From the NCBI GenBank assembly GCA_963842525.1, contig CAWJGT010000009.1:576001-640000 (forward strand): DNA of 64,000 bases. Reading direction: 5' to 3'. The translations under genes and the position numbers were made by a program. The notes below the pieces were generated by a model that did not search any database, was not told the origin of the DNA, and worked only from the letters and a program-made list of their open reading frames with translations. This DNA comes from an uncultured Holophagales bacterium (GTDB taxonomy: Bacteria; Acidobacteriota; Thermoanaerobaculia; Multivoradales; UBA5704). How positions within the stretch are numbered: position 1 is the first letter of the stretch; each line of letters starts with the position of its first letter. Positions 41,943 through 53,209 of this stretch are shown here, in pieces.

Positions 41943-43148
41943 ATGAAGCGCAGCATCCCTCTGGTCCTGTTCGCGGTGGCCCTCCTGGCCTCCGCTCCGG
42001 CCTGGGCCGCCAGGCCCTTCGGATCGTTCGGTGGCAGGGTGGGCGGGGGCAACGCAGGCGCCGGTGCCCTCCCCCTGTTCGGCTGGGCGCTGGACGACAA
42101 CGGCATCGACGCGGTCGACCTCTTCGTCGACGGCGCGCCTGCCGGCCGCGCCAGCTATGGCCGCAGCCGGCCGGAAGTGACCAAGAAACACCCCGGCTTT
42201 CCCGATTCGACGCGGCCCGGCTGGGCGTTCGAGCTCGACACGACCCGCTACCTCAACGGGATGCACACGGTCTCCGTGAAGGCCAAGAGCCGGACCGGCG
42301 AGGTGGTCTCGATCGGCTCGAAGGTCTTCCAGTTCAACAACGTCACGCACAACCTGATCCCGTTCGGCAAGATCGAGTTCCCCAACGCGCAGGCGGAGCT
42401 GCGCGGCAACTGCGACCTGGAGGACCCGGCGCGCCGGTTCAGCGTGATCAGCGGCTACGCTCTCGACCCCGGCGTGCAGGAGGACGACACCGGCGTCGGC
42501 TACGTCGAGCTGATGATCGACCGGGCGCTGTGGGCCAACAGCAAGACCGACTGCTTCTACCTGGCGGAGGCCGGAGGACTGAGCGACTGCTACGGCCTGC
42601 GCCGGCTCGACCTCGTGTCGCTCTTCCCTGGTTTCAAGGACGCGCCCAACAGCGGCTTCCGCTTCGTCCTCGACGTCGGCTTCCTGCTCAATGGCGTGGG
42701 CTACCGCCCGGGCTCCCATTTGCTGACCATCCGGGTCGGCGATGTCTTCGGGCAGGTGGTCAAGATCGCCGAGATGCCGGTGACCTTCACCTGCGACGAG
42801 TTCGTCGACAACGAGGAGTCGATCGGCGAGATCGGCACGCCGAGCAACGGCCTGATCTACAGCGGCGTCATCCAGGCCTCCGGCTGGGCCCTCGACTGGG
42901 AGGGTGTGCAGAGCGTCGAGGTCTTCGTGGACGGCAAGTCGGTCGGCTTCGCGACCCACGGCCTGATCCGCCCCAACGTGACCTCCCTCTATCCGGGCTA
43001 CCCGGAGAGCGCGGCCCCCGGCTGGGCGCTTTCCGTCGACACGCGGAATTTCTCCGACGGCCAGCACACCTTCGAGGTGGTCGTCCACGACGACCTGGGC
43101 AACGACACCCTGATCGGCAAGCTCAAGTTCGTGATCTCCAATCCGTAG
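41943..43148 (+). CDS. secreted protein with repeated Ig-like domains
   Basis: Signal peptide; three G[WY]ALD-containing beta domains. Confidence 0.8.
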   Translation: MKRSIPLVLFAVALLASAPAWAARPFGSFGGRVGGGNAGAGALPLFGWALDDNGIDAVDLFVDGAPAGRASYGRSRPEVTKKHPGFPDSTRPGWAFELDTTRYLNGMHTVSVKAKSRTGEVVSIGSKVFQFNNVTHNLIPFGKIEFPNAQAELRGNCDLEDPARRFSVISGYALDPGVQEDDTGVGYVELMIDRALWANSKTDCFYLAEAGGLSDCYGLRRLDLVSLFPGFKDAPNSGFRFVLDVGFLLNGVGYRPGSHLLTIRVGDVFGQVVKIAEMPVTFTCDEFVDNEESIGEIGTPSNGLIYSGVIQASGWALDWEGVQSVEVFVDGKSVGFATHGLIRPNVTSLYPGYPESAAPGWALSVDTRNFSDGQHTFEVVVHDDLGNDTLIGKLKFVISNP

Positions 43149-43238
43149 CGTCCGCCGATCCGGCGCGGCCGACCCCCCTGACGCCCCACCCTCCGCGGTG
43201 GGGCGTTCGCTTTGGAGCCGGGTGCTATCCTTCGCGGC

Positions 43239-44204
43239 ATGCCGGTGGTGGACCCCGTCGTCTTCTTCGGAACGCCAGACTTCGCCGTACCGACCCTCGC
43301 CGCACTGGTGTCTGCGGGGCGTGCGCCCGCGCTGGTCGTGACCCAGCCCGCCAGACCGGCCGGACGCGGCCGGCATCTTCTGGATCCGCCGGTGGCGTGC
43401 TGGGCCCGCGAGCACGGCCTGCCGGTGGCCCAGCCGGAGCGCGTCAAGGAGCCGGCTTTCCTCGAATCGCTGCGTGCCCTGGCCCCTGGCGTGGCCGTGG
43501 TCGTGGCCTTCGGCCAGATCTTCACGCGCGATCTCCTGGAGCTGCCGCGGCATGGCTGCATCAATCTGCACGCCTCGCTGCTGCCGCGCTGGCGCGGCGC
43601 CGCGCCCATCCAGGCGGCGATCGCGGCCGGCGACGTGCGCACCGGCGTGACCACGATGCGCATGGAGCAGGGGCTGGACACCGGGCCCATCCTCCTGCAG
43701 GAGGAGATGGAGATCGGTCCGCGCGAGACGGCCGGCGAGCTGTCGCGCCGGCTCGCCGAGGCGGGAGGCCCCCTGATGGTGGAGACGCTCGCGCGCCTGG
43801 AGGAGGGGGTCCTGGAGGCGCAGCCCCAGGAGAGCGGGGAGGCGACGTACGCTCCGCGGTTGACGCGTGACAGCGGCCGGGTGGACTGGTCGCGGAGCGC
43901 CCGCGAGATCGCCGACCGCCTGCGCGCCTATACACCCTGGCCGGGGTTGACCGCGGAGCTGCGCGGCGCGCCGGTGAAGCTGGTCGCGGCGGACGTCCTC
44001 GGTGCGGAGGAAGCGGACGAGTCCACTGAGCCAAGCGGCTCCTTCCTCGGGCTTCGCGGCGGGGCGCTCGCGGTGGCCTGCGGTGTTGGCTCGGTGGGCT
44101 CGGTGCTGGGCCTCCGCGAGCTCCAGCGGCCCGGCCGGAAGTCCCTGAAGGCGGCGGACTTCGCGAATGGAGAGCGGCTGCGGGTGGGGGAGACCTTCTC
44201 CTGA
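43239..44204 (+). CDS. fmt: methionyl-tRNA formyltransferase
   Basis: GTPDFA, NLHASLLPRWRGAAP, GLDTG. Confidence 0.96.
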   Translation: MPVVDPVVFFGTPDFAVPTLAALVSAGRAPALVVTQPARPAGRGRHLLDPPVACWAREHGLPVAQPERVKEPAFLESLRALAPGVAVVVAFGQIFTRDLLELPRHGCINLHASLLPRWRGAAPIQAAIAAGDVRTGVTTMRMEQGLDTGPILLQEEMEIGPRETAGELSRRLAEAGGPLMVETLARLEEGVLEAQPQESGEATYAPRLTRDSGRVDWSRSAREIADRLRAYTPWPGLTAELRGAPVKLVAADVLGAEEADESTEPSGSFLGLRGGALAVACGVGSVGSVLGLRELQRPGRKSLKAADFANGERLRVGETFS

Positions 44205-45606
44205 TGCCCCGGCACCGGGCCCCCGAATCGCAGACCGGCACCGGGCGCAACCGGCGGACGACGACGCGGCGCACGTCTCAGGACAACGTGCGCTCCGCGG
44301 CGGCCTGGGTGCTCGACCGGACCCTGCGCTCGCTGGCGCCGGCCGACTCCTTCCTGGAGACCGCCCTGACGCGGTTCGACGAGCGCGATCAGGGCCTGCT
44401 GCGCGAGCTCGTGATGGGGAGCCTGCGCTGGCTACGCCGGCTGGACCACGTCATCGCCGCGGCGAGCAGCCGGCGCTTCGAGCAGATCGAGGCGGCGCTC
44501 CATGCGCCGCTGCGCATCGCCACCTACCAGCTCCTCTTCCTCGACCGCATCCCGGCGCACGCCGCCGTGCACGAGGCGGTCGAGCAGGCGCACCAGCTCA
44601 CCCACCGCGGCGGCGCGAGCTTCGTCAACGGCGTCCTGCGCAGCATCGCGCGCGCGCCGCGGCTGGACGACTGGCCGGTCGCCGACCCCAACCCGGTGCG
44701 ACGGCTCGCCATCGAGATGAGCCATCCCGACTTCCTCGTCTCCCGCTGGCTCGACCGCTTCGGAAGCGAGCGGACGCGCGACCTCCTCGCCGCCAACAAC
44801 CGGTCGAAGCCGCTGCAGCTCCTCGCCTTCCGCGACCGCGGCGGGCGCGAGCTGCTCGCCGAGACGCTGATCGACGAAGGGCTCGAGATCGAGCCCACTT
44901 CGCTCTCGACCCTGGGGCTGACGGTGCGGCGAGGCAATCCGCTGACCTCGTCCGCCTTCGCGCGCGGCGATTTCTACATCCAGGACGAGGCGAGCCAGGC
45001 CGCCGCGCTGCTGCCGCCGCCGCAGCCTGGAGAGACCGTCCTCGACGCGGCGGCGGCTCCCGGCGGCAAGAGCTTCGCGCTGCTCGCCCACGAGCCCACG
45101 CTGCGGGTCACCGCGGCCGACGTGTCTCTCGCCCGCCTCGGCGTGCTGCGGGCCAATCTCCGCCGGCTGCGCCGCGAGCTGCCGCTGCTGCTGGCCGACG
45201 CCGGAGCGCCGCCGTTCTCGGGCACCTTCGACCGCGTGGTCCTCGACCTCCCCTGCACGGGCACGGGCACGCTTGCGGCGGCACCCCGAGCTCAAGTGGC
45301 GCATCAGCGAGAGCGAGATCGGCCGGTTGACGCGCCAGGGACAGCAGCTCCTCGCGGGCATGGCGCCCCCGCGTGGCGCCCGGCGGGCTGCTGGTCGCCA
45401 TCACCTGCTCGCTCGAGCGGGAGGAGAATGAGGAGGTGGTGGCGCTCTTTCTGGCGGGCCATCCGGGGCTCTCGCCCGTGCCTCTCGACGGGGTGCTCGC
45501 GGCGCCGCTCGCGAGCGGCATTGCAGGGCCCGGGCTGTGGCGTATCCTGAGCGGCGGGGACCATGATGGCTTTACCGTCAACGTGCTCGCGAAAGCCCGG
45601 ATTTGA
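44204..45606 (+). CDS. rsmB: 16S rRNA m5C methyltransferase RsmB/Sun; frameshifts near 45270-45370
   Basis: NusB-like N-domain, IQDEASQ, AAPGGK, DLPCTG, TCS-ENE, DGF. Confidence 0.9.
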
Positions 45607-45710
45607 AGGCTTCCGCGCGCTTCAACCCATTGACAGCCCCATCGGGTTGCCATATCGTTTCCGGCGGTCACTTTGGCCCATAAAAATAAAAACAAGGAGG
45701 AGGAGAGGAG

Positions 45711-46010
45711 ATGGCTGGCAAGTCTGACTTGGTGAATAGCATTGCGGATTCCGTGGAAGGGCTGACCCGGCGGCAGGCGACCGCGGCTCTCGACGCGGTC
45801 ATCAACCTGGTCCGGGACTCCCTCAAGTCCGGCGAAAACGTGAAGATCCCGGGCCTCGGCAGCTTTTCCGTGTCCGAGCGCGCGGCGCGCAAGGGCCGCA
45901 ATCCCGCGACAGGGCAGTCGATCACGATCAAGGCGAGCAAGAACGTCCGCTTCAAGGCCGGCAAGGACTTGAAGGAAGCGGTCAACACGAAGCGACGCGG
46001 TCGCAAGTAA
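45711..46010 (+). CDS. hup: HU family DNA-binding protein
   Basis: GSFSV-RAARKGRNPATG-FKAGK. Confidence 0.96.
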   Translation: MAGKSDLVNSIADSVEGLTRRQATAALDAVINLVRDSLKSGENVKIPGLGSFSVSERAARKGRNPATGQSITIKASKNVRFKAGKDLKEAVNTKRRGRK

Positions 46011-46074
46011 GCCCAGCTCCCCTCCTTTTGTCGTTCTCGCGAGCCCTGTGGCGCTTCCTCCGCCACGGGGCTTT

Positions 46075-46754
46075 TCAGCGGATGTGCCGGTAGAGGCGGG
46101 CGAGCCGCTGCGGTGGAACGCCGAGGAGGAAGAGACCCCAGATCAGCCAGTTGGTCGACACGGTCCGCACGATTCCCTGTTCGAGGAAGCGGCGCGCCGC
46201 CGTGGTCACCCGCTCGTCGATCAGCACGGTGCGGCCCAGGCGTTTGAGGCGCAGCGCGAAGTCGAGGTCCTCGAGGATCGGCCAGTCGCGGAAGCCCTGG
46301 AGCCGGTCGAAGGCCTCACGGGTGACGAACTGTGCCTGGTCGCCGAGCGGCAGCCCGGTGAGGCGGGTGCGCAGGTTGATCAGCCGCGCTCCCAGGCGCA
46401 GCACCAGCGATCGACGTCGAAACGGACGTGGAACGCACCGCCTACGGCTCCGGCGGCGACCGCGTCGCGGATCGCTCCCGGGCCTGCCGCGGGAAGCGAG
46501 GTGTCCGCGTGCAGGAAGACGAGCACCTCCGCCGTGGTCGCCGTGGCGCCCCGCGTGAGCTGGCCGCCGCGGCCCGGTGGTCCCGAGACGGTGCGGGCGC
46601 CGAGCTCGCGAGCGACCTCGAGCGTGCGGTCGGTGCTGCCGCCGTCCGAGACCACCACCTCGTCGGCCGCGGTCCGCGCGGCCGGCAGGTGACGGCGCAG
46701 CGCGTCCTCCTCGTTCAGAGTGGGGACCACGAAGGCAAGCTGCAGGGGGTGCAA
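46075..46754 (-). CDS. GT2 glycosyltransferase (TIGR04283-like); frameshift near 46400
   Basis: PTLNEE, DGGSTD, FLHADT, GDQAQF, ILED. Confidence 0.88.
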
Positions 46755-46801
46755 GGCGATCGGGATGCTACCATACGGCACCTCGGAGACCCCCGACAGA
46801 C

Positions 46802-47275
46802 ATGAGCTCGCACAGGCACCTTCAGCCATCTCGATCCGCAGGGCAGCGCCCACATGGTGGACGTTTCGGAGAAGCCGGTCACGCGCCGGATCGCCGAGGC
46901 CTCGTGCCGCGTCCTGCTTTCCGCCCAGACCCTCATCCGGTTGGCCAACCTGCCCAAGGGGGACGCCTTCGCCGTGGCTCGCCTCGCCGGCATCCAGGGT
47001 GCGAAGCGGACCTCCGAGCTGATCCCCCTGGCCCACCCCCTGCCGCTCGACCAGGTGGAGATCGATCTGCGCCCGATCCCCGAAGGAGTCGAGATCCGCA
47101 GCCGCGTGATCGTCGACGGCGCGCACCGGCGCCGAGATGGAGGCCCTGGTCGCCTGCTCGACCGCGGCCCTCGCCCTCTACGACATGGTCAAGGCGGTCG
47201 AGCGCGGCGCCGTCATCACCGACCTCCGCCTCGAAGCCAAGAGCGGCGGCAAGAGCGGGAATTACCAGGCGGGAC

Positions 47276-47279
<4 letters not shown>
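46802..47279 (+). CDS. moaC: cyclic pyranopterin monophosphate synthase; several frameshifts
   Basis: [37 protein letters not shown]. Confidence 0.9.
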
Positions 47280-48460
<1,181 letters not shown>

Positions 48461-48464
<4 letters not shown>

Positions 48465-49015
48465 GCCCCCTCCATCTCCTCCGCGTCGAGGAGGGCCCGG
48501 AGCGCTTCGCAGCCCTGATCGAGGCGGCGCGGGCGGAGGATCTGCGGATCGGCTGGCTCGACCTCGCGGCCTCCGAAGCGTCCGCGGGCCTCGGAGACCT
48601 GGAAGAGGCCGCTTCCCGCGGCGTCCTGCGGGCCGTGGCCGTGGGCGGAGGCCGCAGCGTCGCCGTCAAACCCCTCAAGGGTGCGCCTGTCCTCGAGGAT
48701 CTGCTCCGCGAGCACTTCCGCGGCTGCGCCCTCGTCCTGGTGCGCGGCGAGGTCGAAGCCCCCGTCCTGCGACCCGATGGAGCGGCCTGGCGCATCGAGG
48801 TCCCCGGAGAGGCCGCCCGCGCCGTCGCCACGCCACAGCTCGCCGCGTCCCTGCGCCAGGCCCGGCCTTGGGGATCTCCGTCTCCTCCCGCTCCCGAGCC
48901 CCTCCCACCTCCGAAGACGCGGCGCCAGCGGCGCGCGCTGGAAAGGAAAGCGAGAAAGGGGAAAAAGAAGAAGGACCGGAAGGAGAAACGGCGGGAGTCG
49001 CGGCGCAAGCCCTGA
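48461..49015 (+). CDS. hypothetical protein with Lys/Arg-rich tail
   Basis: ATGA overlap with namZ, GGAG SD. Confidence 0.65.
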
Positions 49016-49175
49016 TCCCGGACCGTCTCTGGAGCCGGCGGCTCACTCCGCCCGCAGCACCACCGCTGGGCCCACCGCCCCCGCCGGTCTCCCGGAACCT
49101 CCATCAAGACGAAAGAAGGCGGGCCAGGGTTTCCAGGCCAGATATACTCCTGGGCTCCCTCAGGAGGACAAGATC

Positions 49176-50522
49176 ATGAGGCTCCACATGGGTGTCGTCG
49201 CCGTTCTCCTCGCCGCTCTGCTCCCCGGCGCTCTCGCGGCGCAGCCGCCGGCTGGCACGTCCGGGCAGGCAGCCGGCCGGATCGCGCTTCGAGCAGCCCG
49301 GCTCGTCGACGGGAAGAGCGACGCGGTCCGCCGCGATGCGGTTGTGGTGATCGAAGGAGAGCGCATTGTCGCGGTCGGTGGACCCGAGCTTCTGGCTTCC
49401 GGTCCCGAGGTGATCGACCTGGGCGATGCGACGTTTCTGCCCGGCCTCGTCGATGCCCACTCGCATCCCCTCATCGTCGGCGACGACTACCAGGTCAACC
49501 ACCTCCGCGACTCCTCGGCATTCAAGGCCCTGCGCGGCCTCAAGGCCGTCCAGGACAACCTGCGCGCCGGCTGGACGACGCTGCGCATCGCCGGTGACGC
49601 CGACGTCTTTTATGCCCATTTGGACATCCGCCGCGCGATCGATCAGGGGCTCTTCGTGGGCCCGCGCCTGACCGGAGCCGGGCATTACCTCTCGATCACC
49701 GGTGGCGGCGGCGACATCAACTTCATCGCCCCTGAGCACCATGTTGTCCCCGATGGCAAGATCGTCGACGGTGTCGAGGAGATGCGGAAGGCGGTCCGCG
49801 AAGAGATCAAGCACGGCAGCGACTGGATCAAGCTCCTCGTCACCGGAGCCTTCATGTCCGCGGGAGACCGCCCGGAGGACGTCCACTATTCCGAGGACGA
49901 GGTGCGGATGGCCGTCGAGGAGGCGGCGCGCCACGGCGTGCCGGTGATGGCCCACGCCCATGCCACAGCCGGCATCAAGCTGGCGATCCGTGCCGGCGTG
50001 CGCTCGATCGAGCACGGAACGTTCCTGGACGACGAGACGATCCGGATGCTGGTCGAGCATGGCACCTATCTCGTGCCGACGGTCTACATCGGCGACTACT
50101 ACATGGAGCACGGCTCGCCGACCGGCTACCAGGACAAGATGATCGAGCTGTCGAAGAAGTACAAGGACCAGCACTATGCCTGGGTCGGCAAGGCGATCCG
50201 CGCCGGGGTCAAGATCGCGGTTGGGAGCGACTTCGGCGCCTTCCCGCCGCCCGAGGAGAACGCCGGCGAGATCGAGGCGCTCCACCGGGCCGGCATGACG
50301 CCGATGCAGGCGCTCCAGGCGGCGACCCGCGTCGGCGCGGAGCTCCTGGGTTGGCAGGACCGCATCGGCACCGTCGAGCCAGGCAAGCTCGCCGATCTGA
50401 TCGCCGTCCCCGGCGACCCACTCGCCGACCTCTCGGCGCTGCGCCGCGTCTCCTTCGTCATGCTCGGCGGCAAGGTCGTGCGGCGAGACGGAGCGCCGCT
50501 ATCTCACAAGATCGCGGAATGA
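49176..50522 (+). CDS. secreted amidohydrolase (Xaa-Pro dipeptidase-like)
   Basis: Signal peptide, PGLVDAHSH, AHAH, SIEHG, GKLADL. Confidence 0.92.
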   Translation: MRLHMGVVAVLLAALLPGALAAQPPAGTSGQAAGRIALRAARLVDGKSDAVRRDAVVVIEGERIVAVGGPELLASGPEVIDLGDATFLPGLVDAHSHPLIVGDDYQVNHLRDSSAFKALRGLKAVQDNLRAGWTTLRIAGDADVFYAHLDIRRAIDQGLFVGPRLTGAGHYLSITGGGGDINFIAPEHHVVPDGKIVDGVEEMRKAVREEIKHGSDWIKLLVTGAFMSAGDRPEDVHYSEDEVRMAVEEAARHGVPVMAHAHATAGIKLAIRAGVRSIEHGTFLDDETIRMLVEHGTYLVPTVYIGDYYMEHGSPTGYQDKMIELSKKYKDQHYAWVGKAIRAGVKIAVGSDFGAFPPPEENAGEIEALHRAGMTPMQALQAATRVGAELLGWQDRIGTVEPGKLADLIAVPGDPLADLSALRRVSFVMLGGKVVRRDGAPLSHKIAE

Positions 50523-50662
50523 CGCGAAGGCCATCTTGAAGCGGCGGGCTTCGAGGATCTCTTTGTCGCCGTCGGCCTCCTCGACGGTGAGCGCCGCGCC
50601 ACATGCAGCAAGTTGATCAGGACATTGGCATCGGCGACGACGATGCGCGTGGGTGTCGTCAC
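50499..50662 (-). pseudogene. PIN-domain toxin remnant with large internal deletion
   Basis: N-terminus VTTPTRIVVADANVLINLLHV joined out of frame to C-terminus LTVEEADGDKEILEARRFKMAFASFRDL. Confidence 0.6.
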
Positions 50663-51922
50663 GGCATGTCGACCGAGGGAGCACCTTCATCGTCGTCGTC
50701 GAGCCCCGCATCCTCGACGAGCTTGTCGAGCTCTTCGGCGGGCAGCGCCACCATGGCGGCGAGCTCCTTGAGCTTGCCGCGCGAGATCTCCTCTCGGCGG
50801 TAGGCTTCGAGGGCCAGACCGAGGAAGCGATGCCGGAATTCGTTGCGGATCTCGCTGTGATCCGGCTCGGCCAGGCCGAGCAGCTCAGCGATCTGCCTGC
50901 CTTTGCCGCCATCATCGAATGCTCTCAGATGCTGGAGCTCGGCTTCGCTCAGGAGGCGGAGGTTGCGCAGCCGGTAGAGTGCCGACGGCCGGCTGACGCC
51001 GAAGTGATGCGCGAGCTGTACGACATCGTAGAGCTGGACGGTTTGGCTGCCCGGTTCGGTCCGGCCTTCCACATTGAGGCTTCCCGCCTCGTCGAACACC
51101 TCGGCGTAGACGCGGCTGGGCCTACCCTTGCCGAGGCTCGCGACGAACTGGCGGACACCGTCCTCCGGCATCAGGAAGCTCGCGGCGAACGCATTGGCTC
51201 GCACCTCGATGAGGTCGTCACGTTCCGAGGCCCGGCTCGACGAGCCCGAAGCGTTCCCGGTCGGCGGTCACATGAGCGTACTCATGGGCGAACGAGAAAC
51301 GGCGGCGCAGGTGATGGTGGGTGCGATTGGCAACCACGAAGAGTCCCACCTTGCGGTCGCTCAGGGTCAGGCCCGACACGTCGTCAGGAAGATCGACGAG
51401 ACCGGTGCGGACACCCTGGGTTTCGAGCAGCTCCGAGAGGCCCGGGAGCGGGCCGCTCCCCAGACCGAGCCGGCGGCGCTCTTCCTCGGCGAGCCGCTCC
51501 CCCTGCTGGATCGCCTCCCAGCGGGTCCGCGGGGCGGGGAGAGAGTAGGCCGCGGCGGCGGCGAGATCCCGGTCGATGCCGACGAGGCGCTCGAGGTTGG
51601 TGAGCTCGCGGCCGAGCGCCAAGCACTCCCGCAGCTTGTCGAGCACGTGAGGCTCTCCGAGGATATCGGGCTGCGCGCGGAACAGGGCTGCGAAGGCGTC
51701 CTCAGCCTCGAACGACTCCGCGATCATCTCGCGGATATCACGACCAAAGAGATACGCAAGCTTGTCGAGCTCGAGGCTGGACACGGAGCGGTTGCCCGCC
51801 TCAATCTGCACCACGGTCGGGCGCGAGAGGCCCAGGCGCTGGGCCACCTCCTCCTGGGTCATGCGGCATGCTTCGCGCGCCGCTCGAATCCGTCTGCCGA
51901 GATCCTGCTGGGTAATCGCCAT
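50659..51922 (-). CDS. XRE HTH plus ImmA/IrrE (M78) metallopeptidase; frameshift near 51240
   Basis: MTQEEVAQRLGLSR HTH, RFSFAHEYAH, EVRANAFAASFLMP. Confidence 0.9.
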
Positions 51923-52109
51923 GGATAGATCCCTCCGCCTTCCGGAGGAAGTTATCATTCAGAACATTGAGTGTCAAGATAGGGATTGCATGTGAGCGAC
52001 TCTGCGCCCCAGAGATGCGCTTGCCACCCTCCGCCCGTTTTGCCACAATGCGGCATCGCCATGGTGTCTTGTCCCGCCTGGCTCCCGTCCCCGCACTTCG
52101 AGGTTCATC

Positions 52110-53207
52110 ATGACTGAGCAGATCAAGTTCTTCCTACCCGGCCCCTCCTATGTCCTGGAGGAGGTCCGCCAGGCGATGACCGGTCCCATGGCGGGCCACC
52201 GGTCGGCGCCTTTCAAAGCCTTCTATCTAAAGATTGCCGAGCGTCTGCCCAAGGTGCTGCGCACCGCGGGCGACGTGATGGTGGCGACTGGCAGCTCGAC
52301 CCTGGTGATGGAGAGCGCCGTGGTCTCCTGTGTGACGTCCGACGTCCTCAACCTGACCAACGGGGCGTTCTCCGAGCGCTGGCACTCGATCGCGAAGTCG
52401 GTCGGCAAGAACGCCGACCGGGTCGCATTCCCCTGGGGCGAGGCCGTGGACCCGGACACGGTCCGGGCCGCCCTGCGCCGCAAGCGCTACGAGGCGGTCG
52501 CCGTGGTCCACAACGAGACCTCGACCGGTGTCATGAGCCCGCTCGCCGAGATCGCCCGCGCGGTGCGCGAGGAGAGCGACGCGCTGCTGCTGGTCGATAC
52601 GGTCTCGTCGCTCGCCGGTGCGCCCGTGGAGTCCGACGCCTGGGGGCTCGACGTGGTGCTCGCCGGTACACAGAAGGCCCTCGCCCTGCCGCCGGGCCTG
52701 ACGGTCTTCACCTTTTCGGACCGGGCGGCCGAGCGCGCGGCGCAGGTGCCGCACCGCGGCTTCTACACCGACCTGCTGCGCTATCGCGAGAAGCACCGCG
52801 AGGGGGGCTTCATCACCACCCCCGGCATCCCGCTGCTCTATGCCCTTGACCGGCAGCTCGACCGGATGGTGACGGAAGGGATGGAAGAGCGCTGGGCCCG
52901 GCACGAGCGGCTCTATCGCCGCACCGCGGAATGGGCGGCGTCCCGCGGCCATGAGTACGCTTCGGCGCCAGACGCCCGGTCGATGACCGTGAGCTGCCTC
53001 CGGCCGCCCGCGGGAGTCGATCCGCAGGCGATCGTCAAGGGCCTCGCCGAGCGAGGCTTCACCATCGGCGGCGGCTATGGCGATTGGAAGCCCACGACGT
53101 TCCGGATCGGCCACATGGGCGAAGTCCAGGAGCGCGACCTGGATGTCTTGTTGAGCGAGATCGACCAGGTGGTCGAAGGGGTCGCGGCCGGCACGGCCGT
53201 GCGTTGA
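52110..53207 (+). CDS. class V aminotransferase (serine/alanine-glyoxylate type, probable SerC function)
   Basis: PGP, HNETSTG, DTVSS, TQKALALPPG, FRIGHMG; upstream of serA. Confidence 0.9.
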   Translation: MTEQIKFFLPGPSYVLEEVRQAMTGPMAGHRSAPFKAFYLKIAERLPKVLRTAGDVMVATGSSTLVMESAVVSCVTSDVLNLTNGAFSERWHSIAKSVGKNADRVAFPWGEAVDPDTVRAALRRKRYEAVAVVHNETSTGVMSPLAEIARAVREESDALLLVDTVSSLAGAPVESDAWGLDVVLAGTQKALALPPGLTVFTFSDRAAERAAQVPHRGFYTDLLRYREKHREGGFITTPGIPLLYALDRQLDRMVTEGMEERWARHERLYRRTAEWAASRGHEYASAPDARSMTVSCLRPPAGVDPQAIVKGLAERGFTIGGGYGDWKPTTFRIGHMGEVQERDLDVLLSEIDQVVEGVAAGTAVR

Positions 53208-53209
53208 TC

